47,738 nt of DNA, taken from NCBI GenBank assembly GCA_039803305.1, contig JBDRYG010000002.1, positions 1 to 47,738 of the forward strand. Direction: 5' to 3'. This DNA comes from a candidate division WOR-3 bacterium (GTDB lineage Bacteria; Hydrothermota; Hydrothermia; UBA1063). The notes beneath the pieces are model-generated. The model had not been told where the DNA came from. It saw only the letters and a program-made list of their open reading frames with translations, and made no database searches. The position numbers and the translations under genes were made by a program. This document shows, piece after piece, positions 19,918-29,628 of this stretch (position 1 is the first letter of the stretch; every line of letters starts with the position of its first letter).

Positions 19918-20640
19918 TCAAGAGGCAAAATATGCACGGATGCCACTCTTTTGAAACTTAAACACTAAAAAACTCACATCTCTGGTTTTTTCAAACCCAT
20001 ATTTTCTAAAAACCCAATCGGCATAATGGTAGTTCATCTTGTCCACGATCACATAATTAACCTTACCCGAAAGGCGTTCTATAAGTCCTTCAGCCCCGGG
20101 TAGTACTGGCGCAATCATGGCATATGTCTTTACTCCATGAGCCTTCAAGACACTTAGAGCCTCTATTCTTGAATCTATAGAAGGGGCGTTTGGTTCAAAA
20201 ATTCTTGAGATTTCATCGAAAGCAGTCCCAATAGAAAACCCTACTTCAATAAAACTGAATTTCTTTATTACATCCAGATCCCTCAACACCATAGGAGACT
20301 TCGTCTGAATAAAAACAGGCCAGCTGCAATCTGAAAGTATTTCAAGACACTTTCTGGTAATCATGAATTCTTTTTCAAGAGGTTGGTATGGATCACACAA
20401 ACCACTTATCCAGATTTCTCCTTTCTTTTTTTTCCTTAATTCTTCACGAAGAAGAAGAGAGGCGTTTATTTTAACATCTACGAACTCACCCCAAGGCTCT
20501 CTGTGCCCGGTAAATCTTTTAACTACCCTTGCATAACAATAGACACACCCATGCTGACAGCCTATATAGGGATTAATCACATAGTCATAAACCTTAGACT
20601 TAGACAGTATGGATCTTACTTTTACGAGTTTTACATTCAT
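19918..20640 (-). CDS. Radical SAM protein (SplB / DNA-photolyase-like COG1533-type family)
   Basis: 240 aa. INPYIGCQHGCVYCYA CxxxCxxC motif close to the N terminus, then CDPYQPLE and IQTKS blocks. Confidence 0.75.
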   Translation of the reverse strand: MNVKLVKVRSILSKSKVYDYVINPYIGCQHGCVYCYARVVKRFTGHREPWGEFVDVKINASLLLREELRKKKKGEIWISGLCDPYQPLEKEFMITRKCLEILSDCSWPVFIQTKSPMVLRDLDVIKKFSFIEVGFSIGTAFDEISRIFEPNAPSIDSRIEALSVLKAHGVKTYAMIAPVLPGAEGLIERLSGKVNYVIVDKMNYHYADWVFRKYGFEKTRDVSFLVFKFQKSGIRAYFAS

Positions 20641-20667
20641 TTTAAAAATCTGAAATTTTTCATGTTA

Positions 20668-20696
20668 ATTATACCAGGATACAACAATACTTGCAA
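20668..20696 (-). promoter_or_regulatory. Sigma70-like promoter for the radical SAM / LVIVD lipoprotein pair
   Basis: On the minus strand: TTGCAA-N17-TATAAT, 27 nt upstream of ATG 20640. Confidence 0.5.
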
Positions 20697-21655
20697 AGTT
20701 TAAAACTTTAAAAACTACTACCGTGACGATGGGAAATTGACTTTCAAGAATTACATCTCGTAATAAATTTAAATAACTTCTCTTGCCCATCTAACAAATG
20801 CAGTAATCAAACTTAACACAGGCAAACGACATTTCCAACGAGCATCACGAGGTGTGGATGGTAATTTGAATATTAATAATTGCTCTTGACAGTATCGTAG
20901 ACGAGCAATTAAGAAGCACTTACTCTTGTCAACCTATCAATACCCTTAGAAACAATCTACTTGAGACTTTAGAGCCGTCAGTAAACTTAACATCAATCAT
21001 CTATAATTTTAATAACCTTCGCCTATTTAATTAATTTGAAAATGCTACCAAATTAAAGGAAGGATACTCCATTTTTCCTTAAAGCGCCTTTTAGACTCTT
21101 ACATCTAAATATTGCGTTGCATCACAGGCATTTAAATGCTAATATTAAAAGATTGAGAAGCAACAAAAACTTTAAAATAACAAGTGATAGCGTTATTGTT
21201 GAAGCTTAAAGTCTTAATGTGTATTGTCGACACAAAGCCTATGTCGATTTCACTCGAATAAAACATGTAGCACAGGCACCTTGTAAAATCCTTGCAGTTG
21301 CCATCTACACTAATGCAATAAAACGCATATTCAACACCTTGGGTATTGGACTCTTACAAGGCTAATCAAGATTCTCGCAAAAATAAAACTTAAATTACAA
21401 TTCGGTTTCAACATTAAATTAAGATTAAAGAGCAACACACGATGTTCATGCAATACAAATTAAGATATTCTGAACTCAAAAAACTTTATGCGACACCGTC
21501 GCACACTTATTTCAAAGATTACAAAAATGAAGTAACTCTTTAAATCAATAGATTTACCCATTCCCTAGCAGATTTCTTTCTTATGGTTTAGTAAAGTAAG
21601 CGAGCCTTTGTTACTACAATATTTAAATCGCACAGAAAATCTTATAATTAATCTC

Positions 21656-22645
21656 ATGCCAGCTAACTTACCACCACAGTACTTTGAGGCGGAAAAGGAG
21701 TATAGGAACGCAAAAACCATTGAAGAGAAAATTCATGCCCTTAAAAAAATGCTTGCTATAATGCCTAAACATAAAGGGACCGACAAACTTCAGGCCGAAA
21801 TACGAGCTAAGATCTCAAAGTTACAGGAAGAACTCGAGCATCAGAAGAAGGGCAAAAAAACAGGTGCTTACTTTTACATTAAAAAAGAAGGGGCAGGGCA
21901 AGTACTTATAATAGGTCTTGCGAATAGCGGAAAAACCACATTAACTAACGCACTGTGTGGTACTAATTTCTTCACAGCAAATTACCCCTTTACTACCCAA
22001 ATACCACAAGTTGGGATGATGGAGTTTGAGGACATTAAAATTCAAATTATTGACACACCACCACTCAAAGAGGATCCAGACTATAGAATCGTGGAGCTAA
22101 TAAGAAATACTGACCTCGTGGTTTTACTTCTTGGACTTGATTCAAACCCCTTAGAAGATTTTGAAATAATTAAAAACATACTCATAAACAAGAACATAAA
22201 TATCATAGGTAGCGGTATAAGGGAATATGAGCTATTCGGACCGGTTAACAAAAGGGCTTTACTTGTACTTAATAAATTGGATCAAATAAAGGATTCTTAC
22301 CAATTCTCAAAACTTGAAGATTATTTCCTTAACAAACACGGACTTTCCCTTGTTCCGGTTTCTGCACAATTTGGAACGGGAGTAGATGAAGTCAAAAAGG
22401 AAATATTTACAGAATTAGAAATAATAAGGGTTTACACAAAAGAGCCAGGTAAACCACCTGTTTTGCGTGATCCCTTAATTTTAAGAAAGGGTGCCACAGT
22501 CCTTGATGCTGCAAGAGAAATCCACAAAGATTTTGAAAGAAACCTAAAATTCGCTAAGGTATGGGGCTCAACCAAGTTTGAAGGACAGAGAGTTGAACGG
22601 GATTATGTACTTCAGGATAAAGACATTGTAGAATTTCACTTATAG
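21656..22645 (+). CDS. OBG/DRG-family GTPase with a C-terminal TGS domain
   Basis: G1 GLANSGKTT, YPFTT, G3 DTPP, G4 NKLD, and a TGS-like C-terminal domain. ATG 21656 (MPANLPPQYFEAEKEYRNAKT) preferred over the track's TTG 21608. Confidence 0.82.
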   Translation: MPANLPPQYFEAEKEYRNAKTIEEKIHALKKMLAIMPKHKGTDKLQAEIRAKISKLQEELEHQKKGKKTGAYFYIKKEGAGQVLIIGLANSGKTTLTNALCGTNFFTANYPFTTQIPQVGMMEFEDIKIQIIDTPPLKEDPDYRIVELIRNTDLVVLLLGLDSNPLEDFEIIKNILINKNINIIGSGIREYELFGPVNKRALLVLNKLDQIKDSYQFSKLEDYFLNKHGLSLVPVSAQFGTGVDEVKKEIFTELEIIRVYTKEPGKPPVLRDPLILRKGATVLDAAREIHKDFERNLKFAKVWGSTKFEGQRVERDYVLQDKDIVEFHL

Positions 22646-22668
22646 TCCTTTAAACTTAAATTGGTAAA

Positions 22669-23931
22669 ATGAGGGCATATTTAGTAGAAGGACCAGTTAA
22701 TCTCAAAGGTAAAGTATCCGTACAGGGAGCGAAAAATGCCGTACTCCCCGTTATGTCAGCCATAATTTTACACGACCACCCTGTTCTACTAAAAAATGTT
22801 CCAAGGGTTCAGGATGTCCACACCATGATAGAACTGTTAAAGATCCTCGGTGCTAAAGTAGAATGGAAAGGTAAAAATGAGCTCATTATAGACCCAACCA
22901 CAATAAATAACCAGGTGGCCCCATATGAGATAGTAAACCGAATGAGGGCGTCAATTTATGTCCTTGGTCCACTTCTTGTTAAATTTGGTAGAGCAGAAGT
23001 TTCTTTTCCGGGAGGATGTGCCTTTGGACCAAGGCCTATAGACTTCCATATAAATGGATTATCTCTTTTAGGCGCTGAAATACTCATTGAAAGGGGATAT
23101 ATAAAAGCAACTTTAAAAAAGCCTCATCCAAACGAAATTTCCCTCAACTTTAAATCAGTTGGAACTACGATACACATTATGACTACAGCCAGTCTGATAG
23201 ACGGCGAAACTATTATTCTCAACGCGGCTCAAGAGCCTGAAGTAGTCCAAACAGCCGATTTTCTGATAAAATCCGGAGTTTTTATTGAAGGTGCAGGATC
23301 CGATGTTATAAGAATAAGGGGCGTACAAAAACTGAATCCGATAACGGAATATGAAATAATTCCAGATAGGATTGAAGCTGGAACATATCTCGTTGCTGGA
23401 CTGATGACCAAAGGGGAAGTAGAAGTTGAAAACTGCATTCCAGAGCACCTTGAACCTGTTATCGTTAAACTCAAAGAGGCAGGTGCTGTTATTGAAAAAG
23501 GAGAAAACTGGATTAAACTCTATAGTGCTGGAAATGAGATACGCAATCTTTATATTGAGACTCAGCCATTTCCTGGCTTTCCCACGGATATGCAGCCACA
23601 GTTTATGAGTATGTTAACCATTGCAAGAGGAATCAGCATAATCAAGGAAGGTATTTACCCCAACCGCTTTTCCCATGCCTTCGAACTAATGAGATTAGGC
23701 GCTAAAATAAAAGTAGTTGAACCGACGGCATTTATAGAGGGTGTAAGTAAGCTAACTGGGGCAGAAGTAAATGGACATGACTTAAGGGGTAGTGCAGCTC
23801 TTGTTCTAGCTGGCCTCGTTGCCGAGGGGAACACGACAGTCTTTGGGATCGAACACTTAGAAAGAGGCTACGAAAACTTTGTAGAAAAGCTTTTAACATT
23901 AGGAGCACGTATAACTTTACTTGAAAAATAG
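22669..23931 (+). CDS. murA: UDP-N-acetylglucosamine 1-carboxyvinyltransferase
   Basis: 420 aa. VQGAKNAVLP and active-site Cys loop PGGCAFGPRPID. Confidence 0.96.
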   Translation: MRAYLVEGPVNLKGKVSVQGAKNAVLPVMSAIILHDHPVLLKNVPRVQDVHTMIELLKILGAKVEWKGKNELIIDPTTINNQVAPYEIVNRMRASIYVLGPLLVKFGRAEVSFPGGCAFGPRPIDFHINGLSLLGAEILIERGYIKATLKKPHPNEISLNFKSVGTTIHIMTTASLIDGETIILNAAQEPEVVQTADFLIKSGVFIEGAGSDVIRIRGVQKLNPITEYEIIPDRIEAGTYLVAGLMTKGEVEVENCIPEHLEPVIVKLKEAGAVIEKGENWIKLYSAGNEIRNLYIETQPFPGFPTDMQPQFMSMLTIARGISIIKEGIYPNRFSHAFELMRLGAKIKVVEPTAFIEGVSKLTGAEVNGHDLRGSAALVLAGLVAEGNTTVFGIEHLERGYENFVEKLLTLGARITLLEK

Positions 23932-23932
23932 A

Positions 23933-25273
23933 TTAAGTTTTTCTCCTTAAATAGGTCAAGGTCTCCACATGAAAAGTTTGGGGAAACATATCAAAAGGCT
24001 TGACAAACTCAATCACATACCCTGCCTGTAAAATTTTTTTGATATCTCGAGCCATTGTGGCGGGATTACAGGAGAAATAAAGTATATGTTCAGGCTTATT
24101 ATCAAAAAGATATTTTACCACATTTTCACTGATACCTTTTCGTGGGGGATCAAGAATAATAACATTAGCTTTAGGAACACTTTCGATTATTTCATTCGCA
24201 TCCCCTTCAATTAATTCTATGTTTGTTTTGGAATTTATCCTGATATTCTTTAATGCATCTCGTGTAGCCGTTGAAGATATCTCAAGAGATATGACCTTTC
24301 TTGCAAACTTAGCGGAAGGTATTGAAAATAAACCAACGCCAGAATATGCATCAACAATGACATTCACTTCCCCGATATTTAGTAGTAACTCCTCGAGAGT
24401 TTCCACCATTTTTTCAGCGATATCTGTGTTAACCTGGAAGAAAGAAGTACCCGATACGACGAAAGCGTAATTTTTAATCTTCTCATGATAATACTCTGTC
24501 CCAGCCCTTATTAATGAAGTTTCCCCAAAAATTGCATTGCCTCTCTTGGGGTTTACATTCTCCATAACCCCCACGATAGTGGAATCAAAACTTAGCATTT
24601 CATGAGCAGTTCTTTTAGACAGATAATTTTCCCTTGTCACAACGACTATCAAGCTCTCTTTAGTTCTATCAGACCCCCTAATAGTGAAATTCCTTATTAT
24701 CCCTTTGTGGGTTCTCTCGTCATATATAGGCAATCCCCTCCTCCCAATATAATCCTTTGCCCTTATGTAAATCTGATCGTACTGTTGTAAATGCAGAGGA
24801 CACTTATTTACATCAATAATGTAATGAGTGTTCATCTTATAAAAACCCATTATGACTTCATTTGGTGAAACTCTTTTAATAGGGAAATGCACTTTATTCC
24901 TATAATAAAAAGGCCTGGGAGACGGTGTAGTGTCCAGTACAGCAACTTCATTAATTCCAGCAAGGTGCCTGAGGGAATCTATAACTAACTCCCTCTTAAG
25001 TTGTGGTTGAAACTTGTAGTCCACCATTTGCCATTGACAGCCACCACATAACCCAAAATATTTACACTGTGGCTTAACACGCAGGGGGCTTGGATTAATA
25101 ACTTTTTTAATGACTCCTACCCAATAATCCTTCTTTTTCTCGACAATTTTCACCTCAATAACATCGTCTTTGACTGCAAAGGGGATAAATACCTTAATGC
25201 CAGTCCCGAGCTGGGCAAGACCAACACCTTCGTTAACCATCTTATCAATATTTAAAACCAGGGTATCCCTCAT
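23933..25273 (-). CDS. rlmD: 23S rRNA (uracil-5-)-methyltransferase, RumA/RlmD family
   Basis: 446 aa. N-terminal TRAM domain, Fe-S Cys cluster CKYFGLCGGCQWQ, SAM MTase motifs DAYSGVG and DPPRKG. Confidence 0.88.
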   Translation of the reverse strand: MRDTLVLNIDKMVNEGVGLAQLGTGIKVFIPFAVKDDVIEVKIVEKKKDYWVGVIKKVINPSPLRVKPQCKYFGLCGGCQWQMVDYKFQPQLKRELVIDSLRHLAGINEVAVLDTTPSPRPFYYRNKVHFPIKRVSPNEVIMGFYKMNTHYIIDVNKCPLHLQQYDQIYIRAKDYIGRRGLPIYDERTHKGIIRNFTIRGSDRTKESLIVVVTRENYLSKRTAHEMLSFDSTIVGVMENVNPKRGNAIFGETSLIRAGTEYYHEKIKNYAFVVSGTSFFQVNTDIAEKMVETLEELLLNIGEVNVIVDAYSGVGLFSIPSAKFARKVISLEISSTATRDALKNIRINSKTNIELIEGDANEIIESVPKANVIILDPPRKGISENVVKYLFDNKPEHILYFSCNPATMARDIKKILQAGYVIEFVKPFDMFPQTFHVETLTYLRRKT

Positions 25274-25279
25274 GACTCA

Positions 25280-25765
25280 CTATCGGGAGACGGAATTGAG
25301 AAATTCCTGCATTATCCTTCTTGCAAGATCCTGTGATGCGATTTTCAACCCTTCTTCCTCGCTTTGCAATGAAGCATAAGTTCCCCAACTTGACAACATT
25401 TTATCCTCAACGACCTTAGTCTGGGACGACAAATCCTCCACAGTTAAGTAAGAAATTATAATTACCTTATAGCTTAAAACTGTGCCATCAGGCTTATAAT
25501 CTTGAGGTTCAACCCTATACCCTTTTAATGTCACAATGAACTTATACTTTGCTTTGTTTTCGGAAACAAGACTTATACGCACATCCTGTTCCAGCTCTTG
25601 TATTACCCACCTAGTCACATCTGCCTCAATGCCAGCCTTTTCAGAAGCATTTCTGAAAAGATCAACGAAAACCCTATAGGTTTCAACACCTGAAAAGCCC
25701 CTGAAACTATAAACGCAGGAAGTTACTGACAGAAGAAAAAACAGAAAAAATCGCAAAATTTTCAT
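25280..25765 (-). CDS. LptE-like outer-membrane lipoprotein (putative)
   Basis: 161 aa. Signal peptide with SC lipobox followed by FRG (compare LptE CGFHLRG), and LptE-like size. Confidence 0.4.
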   Translation of the reverse strand: MKILRFFLFFLLSVTSCVYSFRGFSGVETYRVFVDLFRNASEKAGIEADVTRWVIQELEQDVRISLVSENKAKYKFIVTLKGYRVEPQDYKPDGTVLSYKVIIISYLTVEDLSSQTKVVEDKMLSSWGTYASLQSEEEGLKIASQDLARRIMQEFLNSVSR

Positions 25766-25832
25766 TAATTAATTTTAAACCAGGACAAACGAAGCAAGAA
25801 ATACATAAGACACTTTTGCTTTATAATTTTAC

Positions 25833-26741
25833 ATGCGCAAAATACTTTTAATTACATTGCTAATAGAATTTTGTGTTCTTGTTATTGTATTTTTCGCTTA
25901 TGAAAAAACTTCATCCATTAAAACCAATTACAGAAAAATGGGTCTTTTCGAAGGAGACTTTCCTGCTTCTACTCCAAAGAGAATTGAATCAAAGGAATGG
26001 TCAGGATACACCTTCAAGGAAGACTTTCATTTTTATTGGAAAACTGCTATAAAACCAGACAAAGCTCTTACGGAAATATTAAGTAATTTAGAGGCCAAAA
26101 AGGGGATAAAATATACTGCAATACCAGTAGCTGATACCTGCATCTTGCTATTCAAACCATTAAAAAAAGGATATAGCTTGGATTGTGCTCTAACATTGGA
26201 TACATTAGTAGTCTGGATTGAAGCTAGATCAAAAAACACTACCCTGGACGCAAAATTTGAGTACATGGCTCATTTTTTAAACAGTTTAAAAGTTAATGGC
26301 GTATTAGTTGCAAAAGAACCTGTCATGTTTCACTTTAGAAAATTTCAAAAGAGTATTCCATTCTGGCTTCTTCAGCCAAAATCCACTTTCTTCGTCTTTT
26401 TACTGGGAGTTATCTTAATGGCAAATATCGCAACCTTCTTGGCTCTTTTCTCCGGGGGGAAAATGCCCGATGTTGTAGATCCTCAATGGGACCTTGTTAC
26501 GCCGAATGTCATCATTCACGAAAGAGGGTACCTCAGAAACACTTTTTATTCAGCCTGCGTTGCTAAAAAACAAAACCAGATTTTAATTTATACCTTTGGC
26601 AAGCTGAGAAGAAATATAAACCTAGCCGAGCTCCAAACGCCCCCAAATTTTCAAGGTAATAAACTTATAATTTCTAAGAACTTAAAAGTCGAATTCCCTG
26701 ACCAAGATAGCCTTCTTAAATGGCAGGTAGCCTTAAGCTAA
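25833..26741 (+). CDS. Membrane protein of unknown function
   Basis: 302 aa. N-terminal TM segment and a central TM segment (FFVFLLGVILMANIATFLALF). No motif recognised. Confidence 0.55.
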   Translation: MRKILLITLLIEFCVLVIVFFAYEKTSSIKTNYRKMGLFEGDFPASTPKRIESKEWSGYTFKEDFHFYWKTAIKPDKALTEILSNLEAKKGIKYTAIPVADTCILLFKPLKKGYSLDCALTLDTLVVWIEARSKNTTLDAKFEYMAHFLNSLKVNGVLVAKEPVMFHFRKFQKSIPFWLLQPKSTFFVFLLGVILMANIATFLALFSGGKMPDVVDPQWDLVTPNVIIHERGYLRNTFYSACVAKKQNQILIYTFGKLRRNINLAELQTPPNFQGNKLIISKNLKVEFPDQDSLLKWQVALS

Positions 26742-27973
26742 TTCCACCTTTCTCTCTTATAACTTTCAAGTACGCTTAAAACATAATCAATATCTTCAGG
26801 TGTATGGTCTGCATTTATCTGGAAGCGGATGGTCTCATCCCCCTTAGGCACTACAGGATAATTCAGACCTGTCGCGAGGACACCATTCTCAATAAGATAT
26901 TTGACTATATCGGAAGTTCTCCATGTATCCCTCACGAGGAGAGGAACAATTGGATGATCGCTTATAATAGTTTCATAACCAAGCTTAACTAAACCGTCCC
27001 TAAACCTCTTCGTTAAGCTTCTCAAATATTTTAACCTCTCTCGTCCTGCAGGACTATCCAGTATCTCCAGCACCTTGAGTACACAAGCAGCTTCTGCCGG
27101 AGTTATAGGATTTGAGTAAATATATGTTATAGCCTTTTCACGAAGATAGGTAATAACTGTTTCATTAGAAACAACATAACCACCATTTACACCGTAGGCT
27201 TTGCCCATAGTCCCTATGAGAAGGTCTGCTCTCCCACCTGTCACCTCTTCCGTTCCTCTTCCAGTCTCCCCAAAGGCACCTACCCCATGGGAATCATCAA
27301 CGACCGTGATGATATTTTCCTCAAACTCGTTATCGTAACGCTTTACGATCTCTTCGATTTTCTTAAGATCCGCATAATCTCCTCTCATGCTGAAGACACC
27401 ATCTGTGACAACAATAACTCTCTTTGCCTTTCCAATGGAATCCCTGATCTTGCTCTCCAGGTCATTGTAATCAAGATGTTTGTAAATAAACTTTTCCTTG
27501 GGCCTCGAGAGCCTTATAGCATTTATAATGCAATTATGATTCAATTCATCGCTAATAATTATGGTTTCAGAGGTCACCAATGAAGCGATGACACCTATTA
27601 CAGTAACGTAAGCTGCGGAATAGATCATTGCCTCTTCTCTTCCATGAAATTGAGCGAGCTTTTTCTCAAGAGCCCGATGAGGCTCATAAGTTCCGCTGAT
27701 AAACCTAACAGCACCAGGACCAACACCAAATTTATCCGCGGTCTCCTCTTCAACCTTAATTATTTCTGGGTTAAATTGCATACCCAGATACGAATTTGAG
27801 TTCATTCTAATGAATTCTTTATCCCCAAACCCTTTCAGATAAAATCGTGGACCCTTGCCTCCTTCGGGCTTTTTCACGCCGACAACAATATACTCCTTTC
27901 CCTTTGCTCTTCCTTCCTTTTTTAGCTGCTCAAGTTCAGCATTCAAAACCCGTGTTAATTTTTCAAGTCCCAT
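26738..27973 (-). CDS. kbl: Glycine C-acetyltransferase (2-amino-3-ketobutyrate CoA ligase) family PLP enzyme
   Basis: 411 aa. Alpha-oxoamine synthase pattern with DDSHGVG and PLP-Lys GTMGKA. Directly downstream of a threonine dehydrogenase-type gene. Confidence 0.82.
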   Translation of the reverse strand: MGLEKLTRVLNAELEQLKKEGRAKGKEYIVVGVKKPEGGKGPRFYLKGFGDKEFIRMNSNSYLGMQFNPEIIKVEEETADKFGVGPGAVRFISGTYEPHRALEKKLAQFHGREEAMIYSAAYVTVIGVIASLVTSETIIISDELNHNCIINAIRLSRPKEKFIYKHLDYNDLESKIRDSIGKAKRVIVVTDGVFSMRGDYADLKKIEEIVKRYDNEFEENIITVVDDSHGVGAFGETGRGTEEVTGGRADLLIGTMGKAYGVNGGYVVSNETVITYLREKAITYIYSNPITPAEAACVLKVLEILDSPAGRERLKYLRSLTKRFRDGLVKLGYETIISDHPIVPLLVRDTWRTSDIVKYLIENGVLATGLNYPVVPKGDETIRFQINADHTPEDIDYVLSVLESYKRERWN

Positions 27974-27983
27974 TATTCCCTCC

Positions 27984-28940
27984 TTAACTTTTTAATTTTG
28001 CACTTAACTTTTCAATCATGTCCTTAACCATCATGCTAAAATCATAATCGGGCTTCCAGCCCCATTCTTCCCTGGCACAGCTATCATCAAGACTATCGGG
28101 CCAAGAGTCAGCTATTGCCTGCCGCACGGGGTCTATCTCATATTCTATGACGAACTCCGGAATGTGTTTTTTGATTTCTTCCGCAAGCATCCTTGGATTA
28201 AAGCTAAAGGCAGTAACATTAAACGCGTTCCTGTGCTTAAGCCTCGAAGGATCAGCTTCCATAAGCTCCACCGCCGCCTTAAGGGCATCTGGCATGTACA
28301 TCATGTCAAGCATCGTATCTTCTTTTAAGAAACACTTATACCTTTTATGCAAAATAGCCTCGTAAAATATCTCCACAGCATAGTCAGTGGTTCCACCACC
28401 TGGAGGGGTTACGTAAGAAATAATGCCCGGATATCTTACTCCCCTGGTATCTACGCCATACTTTAAGAAATAATAATCCGCCAGGAGCTCTCCCGCAACC
28501 TTTGTTATTCCATAAATTGAAGTTGGCCGCTGGACAGTATCTTGTGGTGTTTTCATCTTTGGCGTATTGGGACCGAAAGCAGCAATTGAACTGGGTATAA
28601 ATACGGCGAGTTTGTACTCTCTTGCTACCTCAAGAACGTTGTAGAGACCGTTCATATTGATGTCCCATGCCAGTTGGGGATTTCTTTCTCCTGCTGCAGA
28701 GAGAATCGCCGCCAGATGATATACCACATTAACATTGTATTTTTTTACTAATTCTGCAAGGGCCTTGGGATCCCTGACATCAACATAATCCACTGGACCA
28801 GATTTAGCGATGTCTTCTGGTAAAGGTTTGTTGTGTCCACATGCAACAACATTATCATTTCCATATATGTTTCTTAAATAAGGTACGAGTTCTGATCCAA
28901 TTTGCCCAGCAGCCCCCGTGACCAATATCCTCTTTGTCAT
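27984..28940 (-). CDS. tdh: L-threonine 3-dehydrogenase, extended-SDR (UDP-glucose 4-epimerase-like) type
   Basis: 318 aa. VTGAAGQIGSEL Rossmann motif and catalytic YGITK. Paired with kbl. Confidence 0.75.
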   Translation of the reverse strand: MTKRILVTGAAGQIGSELVPYLRNIYGNDNVVACGHNKPLPEDIAKSGPVDYVDVRDPKALAELVKKYNVNVVYHLAAILSAAGERNPQLAWDINMNGLYNVLEVAREYKLAVFIPSSIAAFGPNTPKMKTPQDTVQRPTSIYGITKVAGELLADYYFLKYGVDTRGVRYPGIISYVTPPGGGTTDYAVEIFYEAILHKRYKCFLKEDTMLDMMYMPDALKAAVELMEADPSRLKHRNAFNVTAFSFNPRMLAEEIKKHIPEFVIEYEIDPVRQAIADSWPDSLDDSCAREEWGWKPDYDFSMMVKDMIEKLSAKLKS

Positions 28941-28962
28941 AAATCCTCCTTTTTGAATTACC

Positions 28963-29628
28963 CTAAAATACTTTTAAAACTTCACTTATACTCGTTAGAA
29001 CAAAATCCGGTGAGGCCTCTTTTAACTCATCTACGGTATAAATGCTTGTAGCAACAGCCACCGTTCTATAACCCGCCTTTTTACCCGCAGCGATATCAAG
29101 GGGAGTATCACCTATTACAAACACTTCTTCCGGCTCTATGCCTGAGTACTGAATTCCTTTTTCCACAGCAATTTGTACTATTCGCCACCTTTCTCTGTGA
29201 TCAGAACCAAAACCACCAAAAGGGAAATATTTATTCAGATCTGCCCTCTCTAACTTAATCCGCGCACCCTCCTCGATATTACCTGTTGCTAAGCCCATCA
29301 AAACATCTTTTCCTCTTTTTCTCAAATCTTCCAAGGTTTCCCTTACGAAAGGAAGAATCCTATATTTTTCTGCTTTTGCAACTTCTTCCCTGAGAAAACC
29401 TACATAGTGCTGTAAAACGTTCATCACTTCACCGTTTTCGGGCTTCCTGCCTAACTTCTTCAGGAAAATCTCCTCCACAATCGCTATATCGGTTTGACCA
29501 TGGGGATTAACAACCTCCATAGCTTCATCTACGTTGTACAGAGATTTAAAGGCCCTGTTTAGTGCTCTTGCGCCTGCACCACCTGAATAAATTAAAGTAC
29601 CATCTATATCAAATAGCAGATATTTCAT
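28963..29628 (-). CDS. HAD-superfamily hydrolase (phosphoglycolate phosphatase-like)
   Basis: 221 aa. Motif I LFDIDGTLI and motif IV GDTPLDI. Confidence 0.8.
   Translation of the reverse strand: MKYLLFDIDGTLIYSGGAGARALNRAFKSLYNVDEAMEVVNPHGQTDIAIVEEIFLKKLGRKPENGEVMNVLQHYVGFLREEVAKAEKYRILPFVRETLEDLRKRGKDVLMGLATGNIEEGARIKLERADLNKYFPFGGFGSDHRERWRIVQIAVEKGIQYSGIEPEEVFVIGDTPLDIAAGKKAGYRTVAVATSIYTVDELKEASPDFVLTSISEVLKVF

Noticed and set aside
20970-20990. GAGCCGT motif reminiscent of group II intron domain V
   Set aside because: There is no complementary ACGGTTC half, no GNRA loop context and no intron-encoded ORF.
20641-21655. CRISPR array or other tandem repeat in the ORF-free segment
   Set aside because: Reading through the segment, no unit of 20-40 nt recurs. 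Only scattered 7-9-mers repeat, which is consistent with chance in AT-rich DNA.
20641-21655. Chromosomal replication origin (flanking genes diverge, AT-rich)
   Set aside because: There is only one near-match to a DnaA box (TGTGGATGG at about 20852), no cluster of boxes and no dnaA/dnaN nearby. I keep it only as an alternative to test by GC skew.
21608-21655. TTG start extending the GTPase by 16 aa (ORF track)
   Set aside because: From memory, bacterial homologs of this GTPase family begin with an N terminus resembling MPANLPPQY, which favours ATG 21656. The TATAAT box lies inside the proposed extension.
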